From: Anaerolineae bacterium
Lineage (GTDB): Bacteria; Chloroflexota; Anaerolineae; S140-20
Direction: 5' to 3'
Length of the DNA stretch: 48,074 nt
NCBI GenBank assembly: GCA_027021705.1
Contig: JALUTT010000055.1
Span: 1 to 48,074, forward strand
How positions within the stretch are numbered: the first letter of the stretch is position 1; each line of letters begins with the position of its first letter. The position numbers and the translations under genes are program-made. Under the pieces are notes generated by a model. It ran no database searches and had not been told where the DNA came from. It saw nothing but the letters and a program-made list of their open reading frames with translations. Positions 10,349-20,654 of this stretch are shown here, piece after piece.

Positions 10349-12046
10349 TCAGCGGCGTAGGAAGCGGCGTTCCAGCTCCTCCACCGTCAGCAGGATGAAG
10401 GCAGGGCGACCGTGGGGGCAGGTGGCCGGTGACCAGGCCCCCATCAGGGCCTCCAGCAGCGCCTGCATCTGCTCCGGCGTCAGGTGATCGCCGGCTTTGA
10501 CGGCGGCGACGCAGGCGGCCTTCATCGCCAGCCGCTCTCGCAGCGTTTCCCCGTCGGCGGGGCGCAGGCGGTCCAGCTCCTCCAGCAGGGCGGTCACCAG
10601 GGCGGCGGGGTCCTGGTCGGCCAGGGGGGCCGGGAGCGAGCGCACGAGGAAGCTGTTGCCCCCGAAGGGCTCCACCTCCAGCCCCAGGTCGGCGAAGAGG
10701 GGGAGGTGGGCCATCAGGCGGTCGGCCTCGTCGGTGGTCAGCGTCAGCCGGGCCGGTGGGCTCAGGAGGTGGGGCGGGCCGCCGGCCACAATCCGCTCGT
10801 AGAGCACCTGCTCGTGGGCGGCGTGCTGGTCCACGACGACCAGCCCCTCCGGCCCCTGGGCGACGATGTAGGTGGCCTGCAACTGGCCCATCGCCCGCAG
10901 CCCGCCGACGGCGTACTCGGCTCCCGTCTCTCGCACCGTCCAGGGGGCCTCTGCCTCCTCGGCCACCCCCTCGAAGGGCCAGGTGAGGCCGCCGGCCGGC
11001 CAGCCCACCGCCATCTCCTGGACGGGGAAGGGCTCCAGGGCCTGGCCGACGGCCTGCAGGAGCGCCTGGTAGACGGCCCGCTCCTGGGCAAAGCGGACCT
11101 CGGCCTTGCGCGGGTGGACGTTGACGTCCACCAGGCGGGGGTCCACCTCGATGTGGACGACGGCCAGGGGGTAGCGCCCCGGCGGGAGCCGGCCGGCGTA
11201 GGGCCGCTCCAACATCACCGCCAGCAGGCCGGAGCGGATGGGCCGCCTGTTGAGGAAGAAGAACTGAGCGCGGCGGTTGCTCCGGCCCATCGTCGGGTCG
11301 CTGATGAAGCCGTGTATGCGCAGGTCGCCCGCCTCCCAGTGGATGGGGAGCATCCGACTTGCCACCTCCCGCCCCAGCGCGATCGCCAGCCGGGCCAGCG
11401 GGTCGCCCGGCGGCGCGACGAAACGCTCCCGCCCGTCCACCACCAGTCGGAAGGCGACGTGGGGGTAGGCGAGGGCGTAGCGCAGGAGGGTGGCCTGCAC
11501 CAGGTCCCGCTCCCGCAGGGGCGACTTGAGGAACTTGCGTCGGGCGGGGACGTTGGAGAAGAGGTCGCGGACGGTGACGCTGGTGCCCACGGGGCTGGCG
11601 GCGGGCTCGACGGCGGAGCGGAGGGTGGGGGCTCCGCCGGGGCCGGGCGGGCCTTCGGGGGCGGCCCGCAGGAGGCTCCCCTCCACCTCCTCGGCGGTGC
11701 GGGTGCGGATCTCCAGCCGGGCGACGGCGGCGATGCTGGAGAGGGCTTCCCCCCGGAAGCCCAGCGTCGTCAGCTGCTCCAGGTCCTGGAGGGTGCGCAC
11801 CTTGCTGGTGGCGAAGCGCTCCAGGACGAGGGGGAGGTCCCGGCGGGGGATGCCGTGGCCGTCGTCGGAGACGCGAATGAGGCGCAGCCCACCCTCCCGG
11901 ATCTCGACGCTGATGGCGGTCGCGCCGGCATCCAGGCTGTTCTCGATCAGTTCCTTGACCACGGAGGCGGGCCGTTCGACGACCTCGCCGGCGGCGATCT
12001 GCGAGGCGACTTCGGGAGGGAGGGGGCGGATCGGGTTCGATCCCAT
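10349..12046 (-). CDS. mutL: DNA mismatch repair endonuclease MutL
   Basis: IAAGEVVERPASVVKELIENSLDAGA, GFRGEALSSI, DVNVHPRK, DQHAAHEQVLYE, CPHGRP. Confidence 0.97.
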   Translation of the reverse strand: MGSNPIRPLPPEVASQIAAGEVVERPASVVKELIENSLDAGATAISVEIREGGLRLIRVSDDGHGIPRRDLPLVLERFATSKVRTLQDLEQLTTLGFRGEALSSIAAVARLEIRTRTAEEVEGSLLRAAPEGPPGPGGAPTLRSAVEPAASPVGTSVTVRDLFSNVPARRKFLKSPLRERDLVQATLLRYALAYPHVAFRLVVDGRERFVAPPGDPLARLAIALGREVASRMLPIHWEAGDLRIHGFISDPTMGRSNRRAQFFFLNRRPIRSGLLAVMLERPYAGRLPPGRYPLAVVHIEVDPRLVDVNVHPRKAEVRFAQERAVYQALLQAVGQALEPFPVQEMAVGWPAGGLTWPFEGVAEEAEAPWTVRETGAEYAVGGLRAMGQLQATYIVAQGPEGLVVVDQHAAHEQVLYERIVAGGPPHLLSPPARLTLTTDEADRLMAHLPLFADLGLEVEPFGGNSFLVRSLPAPLADQDPAALVTALLEELDRLRPADGETLRERLAMKAACVAAVKAGDHLTPEQMQALLEALMGAWSPATCPHGRPAFILLTVEELERRFLRR

Positions 12047-12574
12047 TCAGGCGTCCTCGTCCAGGGTGAACTCCCAGGCGCACCAGTAGTCGGGCGGGTG
12101 CTCGTCGGGTGGGCAGACGACGACGCGGGTGCGGATGCGGGGGTCAATGGTGCGGGCGAAGCCGGTGTACTCGACGATGCCCACCCCCTTGCAGGGGAAG
12201 TCGGGCCGGCCATCCCGCTTCCGGGCTTCCTGCACCCGACAGCTCTTCATGCGGAAGATGATCGTCTTCTCGTCTACGTCCACGATCTCCTGGTCGTTGA
12301 TGCGGGCGTAGAGGCGAAGCTGGAGCGCCTTCTTGAGGGCCGGGATGCCGCCGCCGGGCTCGATGCCGTGCCGGCGCATAATCCGCCGCGCCTCGATGAC
12401 GGTGAACCGCTCCCACGCCTTGCGGTCCAGCTCGATGGCCGTCTCCATTCCGAATTTCTCTTCGACGGCCAGGAACCAGAGGCCGTCGTGGGCCAGCCAG
12501 TTCTTGGCCGCATCCTCCAGCATGCCGATCAGCGTTTCCTTGGGCAGGGCTTCCAGAATCGAGTGGTCGGGCAT
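12047..12574 (-). CDS. DUF6125-like protein (Cys-containing, V4R/ATC-hydrolase-like)
   Basis: KNWLAHDGLWFLAVEEKFG, CRVQEAR, FPCKGVG, CPPDEHP..WCAWEF; GAGGAG RBS before ATG 12574. Confidence 0.65.
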   Translation of the reverse strand: MPDHSILEALPKETLIGMLEDAAKNWLAHDGLWFLAVEEKFGMETAIELDRKAWERFTVIEARRIMRRHGIEPGGGIPALKKALQLRLYARINDQEIVDVDEKTIIFRMKSCRVQEARKRDGRPDFPCKGVGIVEYTGFARTIDPRIRTRVVVCPPDEHPPDYWCAWEFTLDEDA

Positions 12575-12664
12575 CGGCTCCTCTCCTGGGGTTGGGGTGG
12601 GGGTTCGATGGGTTGCACAGTCTAATTCTACCCCAACTGGGGCGAGTTCGCCAATGAATGGTAC

Positions 12665-12830
12665 GCGGTGATTACCCACATCTCGGGAATCCGCCCGGCC
12701 GCCCGGACCTGGAAGGTCCGGGCTGAAGGGAGCAAAGCCCTGACGGGCTGTCTCGCAGCCCCCAGAGGGGGCTTTCCCCTTCTCAGCCGGGCGGTTTAGC
12801 GCCCGGCGGCGACTTGTGGGTAATCACCGG
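12665..12830. mobile_element. MITE-like element with terminal inverted repeats and target-site duplication
   Basis: CGGTGATTACCCACA (12666-12680) / TGTGGGTAATCACCG (12815-12829); ATGGTAC on both flanks; internal hairpins. Confidence 0.75.
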
Positions 12831-12847
12831 ATGGTACTAGGTTCCGA

Positions 12848-12876
12848 TTGCGCAGCGGGGTGAAACCCGTTATAAT
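12848..12876 (+). promoter_or_regulatory. sigma70-like promoter
   Basis: TTGCGC-17 nt-TATAAT upstream of the response regulator. Confidence 0.6.
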
Positions 12877-12924
12877 CATCCAGGACGAGAGAGGTAACCG
12901 AGATTTGTGGGCAAAGGGACCGAG

Positions 12925-13305
12925 ATGGCAGGATACGTGTTGGTCGTTGAGGATGATTTAGAGATGGTAGCCCTGCTCAGGTTGATGCTGTCGCGGCGCG
13001 GATTCGAGGTGCGGGCGGCCGTCAACGGTGAGCAGGCGTTGGAGCAGGCGCGGACCGACCCGCCGGTTCTGGTGCTGCTGGATGTGATGCTGCCGGACCT
13101 CGACGGCTACGAGGTTTGCCGCCGACTGCGCAAGGACCCGCGCACAGCCGGGGTGCCGGTGGTGATGCTCAGCGCTCGGGCGCACACTCAGTACCAGGCC
13201 GCGGGCCTGGAGGCCGGGGCCGACGCCTACCTGACCAAGCCCGTGGCGATGGACAATCTGGTGGCCCAGATCCACGCCCTGGTCAACAATCATCGGGCGG
13301 CGTGA
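12925..13305 (+). CDS. single-domain response regulator (receiver only)
   Basis: VLVVEDD, LLDVMLP phospho-Asp, MLSAR, YLTKP; no output domain. Confidence 0.9.
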   Translation: MAGYVLVVEDDLEMVALLRLMLSRRGFEVRAAVNGEQALEQARTDPPVLVLLDVMLPDLDGYEVCRRLRKDPRTAGVPVVMLSARAHTQYQAAGLEAGADAYLTKPVAMDNLVAQIHALVNNHRAA

Positions 13306-14459
13306 CCGGCCTCGGCCTGGAGGGTGAAGAGGGTGATCTCCGGCGGGCAGAGGAAGCGGGCTCGGGGAGCCCCTGCCCCTTCCAGCCCGATCCCCCGGCT
13401 GACGTAAAGGGTCGTGCGTCCCTCCCGATAGAGCCCCATCTCGTACCGTTTCCAGTGAACTGAACTGGTCAGGATCGCCCCGAAGAGGGGAGCCCGTATC
13501 TGGCCCCCGTGGGTGTGACCGGCCAGGTAGAGGTCTATCCCCATCCGGCTGGCCTGGGGCATCAGGTCAGGAGAGTGGTAGAGCAGGATGGTGAACTGCT
13601 CTGTCTCCTGGCCGTTCAGCGCCTGGGCCAGCCGGGGTGCGTCTAGGGAGAGGTCGTGGGTGCAGGAGAGGCCGATCAGCCGGAGCCGGTGCCCCTTGAC
13701 CTCCAGGGTGCGGCCCTCGTCCCGGAGCCAGGTGACGCCGCTGCCCCGCAGCATCGCTTCCACGGCGTGGGGGAGGTCCACGGTGGGGCTGCCGGTGACG
13801 GCGTAGACGCCACCGGGGGCACGGAGCCGGCGCAGGAGCCGCCGCGCCTCGGTCTGGGCGGTCGGGTCCTCCCGGAAGGAGAGGTTGAGGAAGTCGCCGG
13901 TGATGAGGATCAGGTCAGGCTGGAGGCTTTCGACCAGGTGGAGCAGGTGACGCTCCCGAGGGCCGAAGCGCTCCAGGTGCAGGTCCGTCAGGTGGAGCAG
14001 GCGCAGCGGCGGGGCGTCGGGGGAGAGCCGGGGGGAGCGGATCTCCACGTGGGTGACGCCCAGCCGGAAGGGCTCAACCCAGGTGGCGTAGAGGGCGAGG
14101 CCGCTGAGGACCAGGTTGAGGGCGAGCAGGGGTAGAGGAGGAGCGCCCAGCCTGGCGGAGAGGGCGGTCAGCAGCAGGCGCAGGCCGGCCAGTCCCAGCA
14201 GGGGAGGCTGGACGGGGCCGTAGGAGCGGCTGGTGCGGGGGAGCAGGGCCAGCATCGCCCAGTCGCCGAGCAGGAAGAGGAGGGTGAGGCCGGCGACCCA
14301 GGGGGCGGTGGGGGGCCTGTCGCCCCACGTCCAGCCGCTCAGGGCGGCGATCGCGAGCAGCAGGAGCCCGATGGCCGGGCCGGGCAGGCGGCTCAGCCGG
14401 TCGCTGAGCACCAGGGCGTGGTGGAGCACCTTGCGTCGTCGTCTCGTCGGGCCTCTCAT
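13290..14459 (-). CDS. membrane-anchored metallophosphoesterase (YkuE/YaeI-like)
   Basis: N-terminal TMs; DLHL, ITGDF, YHSPD, AGHTHGGQI, YVSRGIG. Confidence 0.88.
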   Translation of the reverse strand: MRGPTRRRRKVLHHALVLSDRLSRLPGPAIGLLLLAIAALSGWTWGDRPPTAPWVAGLTLLFLLGDWAMLALLPRTSRSYGPVQPPLLGLAGLRLLLTALSARLGAPPLPLLALNLVLSGLALYATWVEPFRLGVTHVEIRSPRLSPDAPPLRLLHLTDLHLERFGPRERHLLHLVESLQPDLILITGDFLNLSFREDPTAQTEARRLLRRLRAPGGVYAVTGSPTVDLPHAVEAMLRGSGVTWLRDEGRTLEVKGHRLRLIGLSCTHDLSLDAPRLAQALNGQETEQFTILLYHSPDLMPQASRMGIDLYLAGHTHGGQIRAPLFGAILTSSVHWKRYEMGLYREGRTTLYVSRGIGLEGAGAPRARFLCPPEITLFTLQAEAGHAAR

Positions 14460-14460
14460 C

Positions 14461-15576
14461 TCAGGAGGGTCGGGATTGCTGCTCCCGGCAGCTTTCGTGC
14501 AGGTGCAGGATGGTGCCCACGACGATCTCCCGGTTGCGCAGGTGCTGTCGGCGGTTCTGGTTGCTCACCGAGAAGAGGTAGTGGTCGCCCAGGACGACCT
14601 GGATCTGGTGGGAGGCGAAGCCCAGGTCGTCCAGCAGGTAGAGCATCTGGGAGACGCCGACAAGCGGGTCGTCGTGGCCCAGGATGACGCGAAAGTGCTG
14701 CCAGCGGCGGGGGAGGAGCTCCTGGCGGATGCTCCCCAGGGCGAAGAAGGTCTGGGCCAGGGTGCCCTTGGGGGTGTTCTCGAAGATGCGCAGGTGCTCG
14801 GCCTTCACCGCCTCGCTGGCCTTGCCGATGAGCTGCTCGATCAGAGAGGGGGCTAGGCGGCTCTTCAGCCGGTCCAGCAACCCAATCTGGGAGCCGGCCC
14901 AGATGCCGAGGCCCAGGGCCTTGTAGAACCCCTTGCGCAGGATGTCGTTGATCAGCAGGGCCGGGGCGATGGCACAGCGCGACACTTCATGGGGAGCCCA
15001 TTCCTTTTCGTCGAGGTAGAAGAGGGCGGCCCCGCTCATCGAGTGGCCGACGAAGGTGATCACCTTACGGCGCTGGCGAGCCCGCTGGTCGGAGCGCAGA
15101 CGAAGCAGGTTGACCCAGTGGACGATGGCCTGCATCAGGGCGGGGGGATCGCACTGCTCCAGGAGGGGGATTTCGGCCAGAAAGGGGGAACCGCCGAAGC
15201 CGTTCACGTCGGGGGCCAGGGCGACCAGGCGGGGGTTGGCTGCGCAGACGAGGGCCGGGAGAGGGTCCCAGATAGCGTGACTGCCGTCCCAGCCGTGTAG
15301 GAAGATGACAAAGCCCTGGGCCCGTCGCATCAGGTCCCGCAAGCTGCCGGCCTCCTCGCGGGCCTCTTTGTGCCAGTAGGTGCGCCAGGCGAAGTCGGCC
15401 AGCCCCGTCGCTTCCTGGAAGTCGGCCAGTTGGCGGGTCGTCAGCAGCCCCCGGTCGGCCAGGGTCGAGAGGGCGTAGGAGGCGCTTGCCACGTCGGCGA
15501 TGGACTCCTGACGCAGGTAGCGGTGGCCTTCGGTCCAAGACCAGCGCTGTCGGTATGGGAAGCGTGTTGAGCTCAT
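14461..15576 (-). CDS. alpha/beta fold hydrolase
   Basis: IFLHGW, APDVNGFGGS, GHSMSG nucleophile elbow, DDPLV and GDHY; start taken at ATG 15576 because the upstream ORF extension is antisense to obg. Confidence 0.75.
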   Translation of the reverse strand: MSSTRFPYRQRWSWTEGHRYLRQESIADVASASYALSTLADRGLLTTRQLADFQEATGLADFAWRTYWHKEAREEAGSLRDLMRRAQGFVIFLHGWDGSHAIWDPLPALVCAANPRLVALAPDVNGFGGSPFLAEIPLLEQCDPPALMQAIVHWVNLLRLRSDQRARQRRKVITFVGHSMSGAALFYLDEKEWAPHEVSRCAIAPALLINDILRKGFYKALGLGIWAGSQIGLLDRLKSRLAPSLIEQLIGKASEAVKAEHLRIFENTPKGTLAQTFFALGSIRQELLPRRWQHFRVILGHDDPLVGVSQMLYLLDDLGFASHQIQVVLGDHYLFSVSNQNRRQHLRNREIVVGTILHLHESCREQQSRPS

Positions 15577-15723
15577 TGGTTGCTTCCTAGGTGTTGTCGC
15601 GTGGTGACGGCCGGCCTCCGGCGTCGGTATCCCCCCATCCCTTTGACCTCCAATTATACCTGAGAGGCGAGGATGGGCAAGACCCCATTCGGGGGGTATT
15701 GCGTGCTGGGGGTTTTGTGTTAG

Positions 15724-17681
<1,958 letters not shown>

Positions 17682-17686
17682 GCCCA

Positions 17687-19447
17687 ATGAGCGATTCCCA
17701 TCGGTTGCGTCGTTTCAGAGCCTTCGCCGTCGGTGAGGGAAGAGGCGGTCGGACGATCGTCCCGAACCGACGGGGGAAGGTGGTGGGCTTGTTGCTGGGC
17801 CTCCTGTTGTTGGTGGGGCTCGTCGGCTGTGGGGCGTCGTCCACACCGACGCCCGATCGGGGAGGGGCGACGGTCGCAGTGCCCACGGTGGTGCCTTCCC
17901 CCACCCCCTTGCCGTTGCCCCCCGATGCCTCGGTCGTCGCCCGCATCCGGGCGCGGGGAAAGCTGGTGGTGGGTGTCCGCTACGACCAGCCCCTCTACGG
18001 CTTCGTGACCCCTCAGGGGGACCTGGCGGGCTTCGACGTGGACCTGGCGCGAGAGCTGGCCCGGCGCTGGTTGGGCGATCCCGAGGCGGTTCGCTTTGTC
18101 CAGGTCACCTCGGCGACGTGGCGAGGCCGGCTGACCAGCGGCGAGGTCCACCTGGTCAGCGCGGCGCTGCCCCATACGCGGGAGGCGGAGGCGGAGGTCG
18201 CCTTCAGTCAGACCTACGACTGGGATGGGCCGGCGCTGCTGGTGCGGGAGGACGCGCCCATCCAGGGGCCGGCCGATCTGGTGGGCCGCTCGGCGGCCGT
18301 CGTCTCCGGCAGCGAGGCCGAAGCGGCCCTATTGGAGGTGGTGGGCCGGCAGGGGATCACCGTCACCCTGCACAGCGCCGACGACTACCTGGTGGGTGGG
18401 CAGGCGCTCCTGGCCGGCCAGGTGGACGCGGTGGCGGGGCCGCGCCTGAAGCTGATGGTGGTGGCCTACCGGCTGGGGGGGCTGCGGGTTACGGCCCCCT
18501 TCGCCCAGACCCGCCCTCTGGCCCTGGGGTTGCCTCCTGACGATGGGAGCTTCCGCGACTTGGTCAACTTCACGCTCCAAGAGATGGCAGCCGATGGGAC
18601 CTGGGCGACCCTCTACCGGCAGTGGTTCCACACGGAGCCGCCGGCCCTGGCGCGGTGGCCGGGTTCGCCGCCCTTTACCTTCGCCACGGCCCCGGCGACC
18701 CGCCTGGCCCCTCGCAACGGGCTGGAGGCGATCCAGGGTCGGGGGGTGTTGCGGGTCGGCGTGCGGATGGGGTTGCCGCCCTTCGCCTTCGACGACGGGG
18801 CGGGCAACCCGGCCGGCTACGAGGTGGACCTGGCCCGGGCGTTGGCCGCCCGCTGGCTGGGCGATCCCCTCGCCGTCCAGTTCGTCACCGTCACCCAGGA
18901 GACGGCGCTGGCGGCGCTGGCGGGCGGGCAGGTGGACTTGGTGGTCGCGCTGCCCCACACGCTGGAGGCCGAGGCCCAGGCCGATTTCGGTCCCACCCAC
19001 TATCGAGACGGCATCGGCCTGCTCATTGGCCCCAACATCGGGGCGGTGGAGCCGACGGACCTGCAGGGGGCGGTGGTGGCGGTGGCACCGGGGGCCCAGA
19101 ACGCCCTCAAGGTCTGGGCGACCGGCCACGGGGTGACGCTGACGCCCCGTCCGGTGGATGGGCCGGCGGCGGCCCTGGAGCTCCTGCAGACGGGGGAGGT
19201 CGCCGCCTATGCCGATGAGCGGGTGACGCTGCTGCGGCTCGTCCTGGGCTACCAGGCCGGCACCCTCTGGCCCGACCGGCTGACGGAGCGGCCTCTGGCC
19301 ATCGCCGTCCCCCAGGGGGATGAAGGGCTGCGCGTCGAGGTCGCCCTGGCCCTGCAGGAGATGGCGGTCAACGGGAGCTACGGCGAGCTCTACGCCCGCT
19401 GGTTTGGGACGGATCCCCCGCCGGCCATCGAGATCTGGCCGCCCTAG
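17687..19447 (+). CDS. lipoprotein with two tandem polar amino acid ABC substrate-binding (family 3) domains
   Basis: LVGC lipobox; two IRARGKLVVGV / IQGRGVLRVGV ... G[FY][DE]VDLAR units; start uncertain (17687 or GTG 17780). Confidence 0.8.
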   Translation: MSDSHRLRRFRAFAVGEGRGGRTIVPNRRGKVVGLLLGLLLLVGLVGCGASSTPTPDRGGATVAVPTVVPSPTPLPLPPDASVVARIRARGKLVVGVRYDQPLYGFVTPQGDLAGFDVDLARELARRWLGDPEAVRFVQVTSATWRGRLTSGEVHLVSAALPHTREAEAEVAFSQTYDWDGPALLVREDAPIQGPADLVGRSAAVVSGSEAEAALLEVVGRQGITVTLHSADDYLVGGQALLAGQVDAVAGPRLKLMVVAYRLGGLRVTAPFAQTRPLALGLPPDDGSFRDLVNFTLQEMAADGTWATLYRQWFHTEPPALARWPGSPPFTFATAPATRLAPRNGLEAIQGRGVLRVGVRMGLPPFAFDDGAGNPAGYEVDLARALAARWLGDPLAVQFVTVTQETALAALAGGQVDLVVALPHTLEAEAQADFGPTHYRDGIGLLIGPNIGAVEPTDLQGAVVAVAPGAQNALKVWATGHGVTLTPRPVDGPAAALELLQTGEVAAYADERVTLLRLVLGYQAGTLWPDRLTERPLAIAVPQGDEGLRVEVALALQEMAVNGSYGELYARWFGTDPPPAIEIWPP

Positions 19448-19455
19448 GAGTGGTT

Positions 19456-19789
19456 TTTCACCGCAGAGGCGCGAAGGGCGCAGGGTTTTCTGGAACGCAG
19501 AAGGCGCAGAGGCGCGAAGGGCGCAGGGTTTTCTGGAACGCAGAAGGCGCAGAGGCGCGAAGGGCGCAGGGTTTTCTGGAACGCAGAGGCGCAGAGGCGC
19601 AGAGGCGCGAAGGGCGCAGGGTTTTCTGGAACGCAGAAGGCGCAGAGGCGCGAAGGGCGCAGGGTTTTCTGGAACGCAGAGGCGCAGAGGCGGGTGGACC
19701 GCAGAGGGCGCAGAGGGCGCAGAGAGGATAATGAGTTCTCTTGATGGCTTCGCGTTCTCTGCGTCTCTACGGTGTCTCTGACAGTGAAA
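19456..19789. repeat. tandemly expanded CGCAGAG-type palindromic repeat
   Basis: Five copies of CGCAGAGGCGCGAAGGGCGCAGGGTTTTCTGGAA (period 43-50 nt), bounded by imperfect inverted ends TTTCACCGCAGAG / CTCTGACAGTGAAA. Confidence 0.85.
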
Positions 19790-19799
19790 GGAGTGGGCG

Positions 19800-20654
19800 A
19801 TGCGCGTTCGAGCGTGGTTGCTCCTGCTGATCCTCGGTGTGGGAGGGGTTGGCTGCCGTGCTTCTCCCCCTACGGTTTCCCCCGTTGTGGCGTCTCCTTC
19901 CCCCGCTCCCACCCAGGCCCCTGCTCAAACGATGGTGGCATCTCCCACAACCGGGCCGGCGGCGGCTGTGGAGGCCACGGAGACGGCGGATCCCTACCTC
20001 CAGCGCCGGCTGGCGATGGTGGAAGAGACCATCGTCGCCCGGGGCGTCTCCGATCCCGATGTGCTGCGGGTGATGCGCACGGTGCCCCGCCACCGCTTCG
20101 TCCCGCCGGAGTACCTGGACCAGGCTTACGAGGATCACCCGCTCCCCATCGGCTATGGACAGACCATCTCCCAGCCCTACATCGTCGCCTGGATGACGGA
20201 GTTGCTGGACCTGAAGCCGGGGGAGAAGGTCCTGGAGATCGGGACGGGCTCCGGCTACCAGGCGGCGGTCCTGGCCGAGCTGGGGTACGTGGACGTCTAT
20301 AGCATCGAGATCATCCCGGAGTTGGCGGAGCAGGCGGCGAAGCGGCTTCGGGAGCTGGGGTACACCGAGGTGCACCTCAAGCAGGGAGACGGCTACTACG
20401 GCTGGGAGGAGTATGCCCCCTTCGATGCCATCATCGTCACGGCGGCACCCGATCACCTGCCCCGTCCGCTGGTCCAACAGCTCAAGGAGGGCGGGCGGCT
20501 GGTGATCCCCATCGGGCCGCCGGGGGGCTATCAGACCCTCTGGCGCTTCGTCAAGGAGCCCGATGGGCTGCGGGCCTACAACTTGGGCGGTGTTGCCTTC
20601 GTCCCCCTCACGGGCGAGGGGGTGAAGACGCGGGAGGCGGTGCCATTGCCCTAG
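19800..20654 (+). CDS. pcm: protein-L-isoaspartate O-methyltransferase with N-terminal signal/lipobox-like extension
   Basis: [74 protein letters not shown]. Confidence 0.93.
   Translation: MRVRAWLLLLILGVGGVGCRASPPTVSPVVASPSPAPTQAPAQTMVASPTTGPAAAVEATETADPYLQRRLAMVEETIVARGVSDPDVLRVMRTVPRHRFVPPEYLDQAYEDHPLPIGYGQTISQPYIVAWMTELLDLKPGEKVLEIGTGSGYQAAVLAELGYVDVYSIEIIPELAEQAAKRLRELGYTEVHLKQGDGYYGWEEYAPFDAIIVTAAPDHLPRPLVQQLKEGGRLVIPIGPPGGYQTLWRFVKEPDGLRAYNLGGVAFVPLTGEGVKTREAVPLP

Noticed and set aside
10335..12083. 841-aa ORF as a large coaX fusion
   Set aside because: The N-terminal part is an alternative frame over mutL with Arg/Pro/Gly-rich composition; coaX has its own GAGGAGG RBS before 10334
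19456..19725. CRISPR array
   Set aside because: Repeats are joined by repeat-derived linkers with no unique spacers, and there are no cas genes
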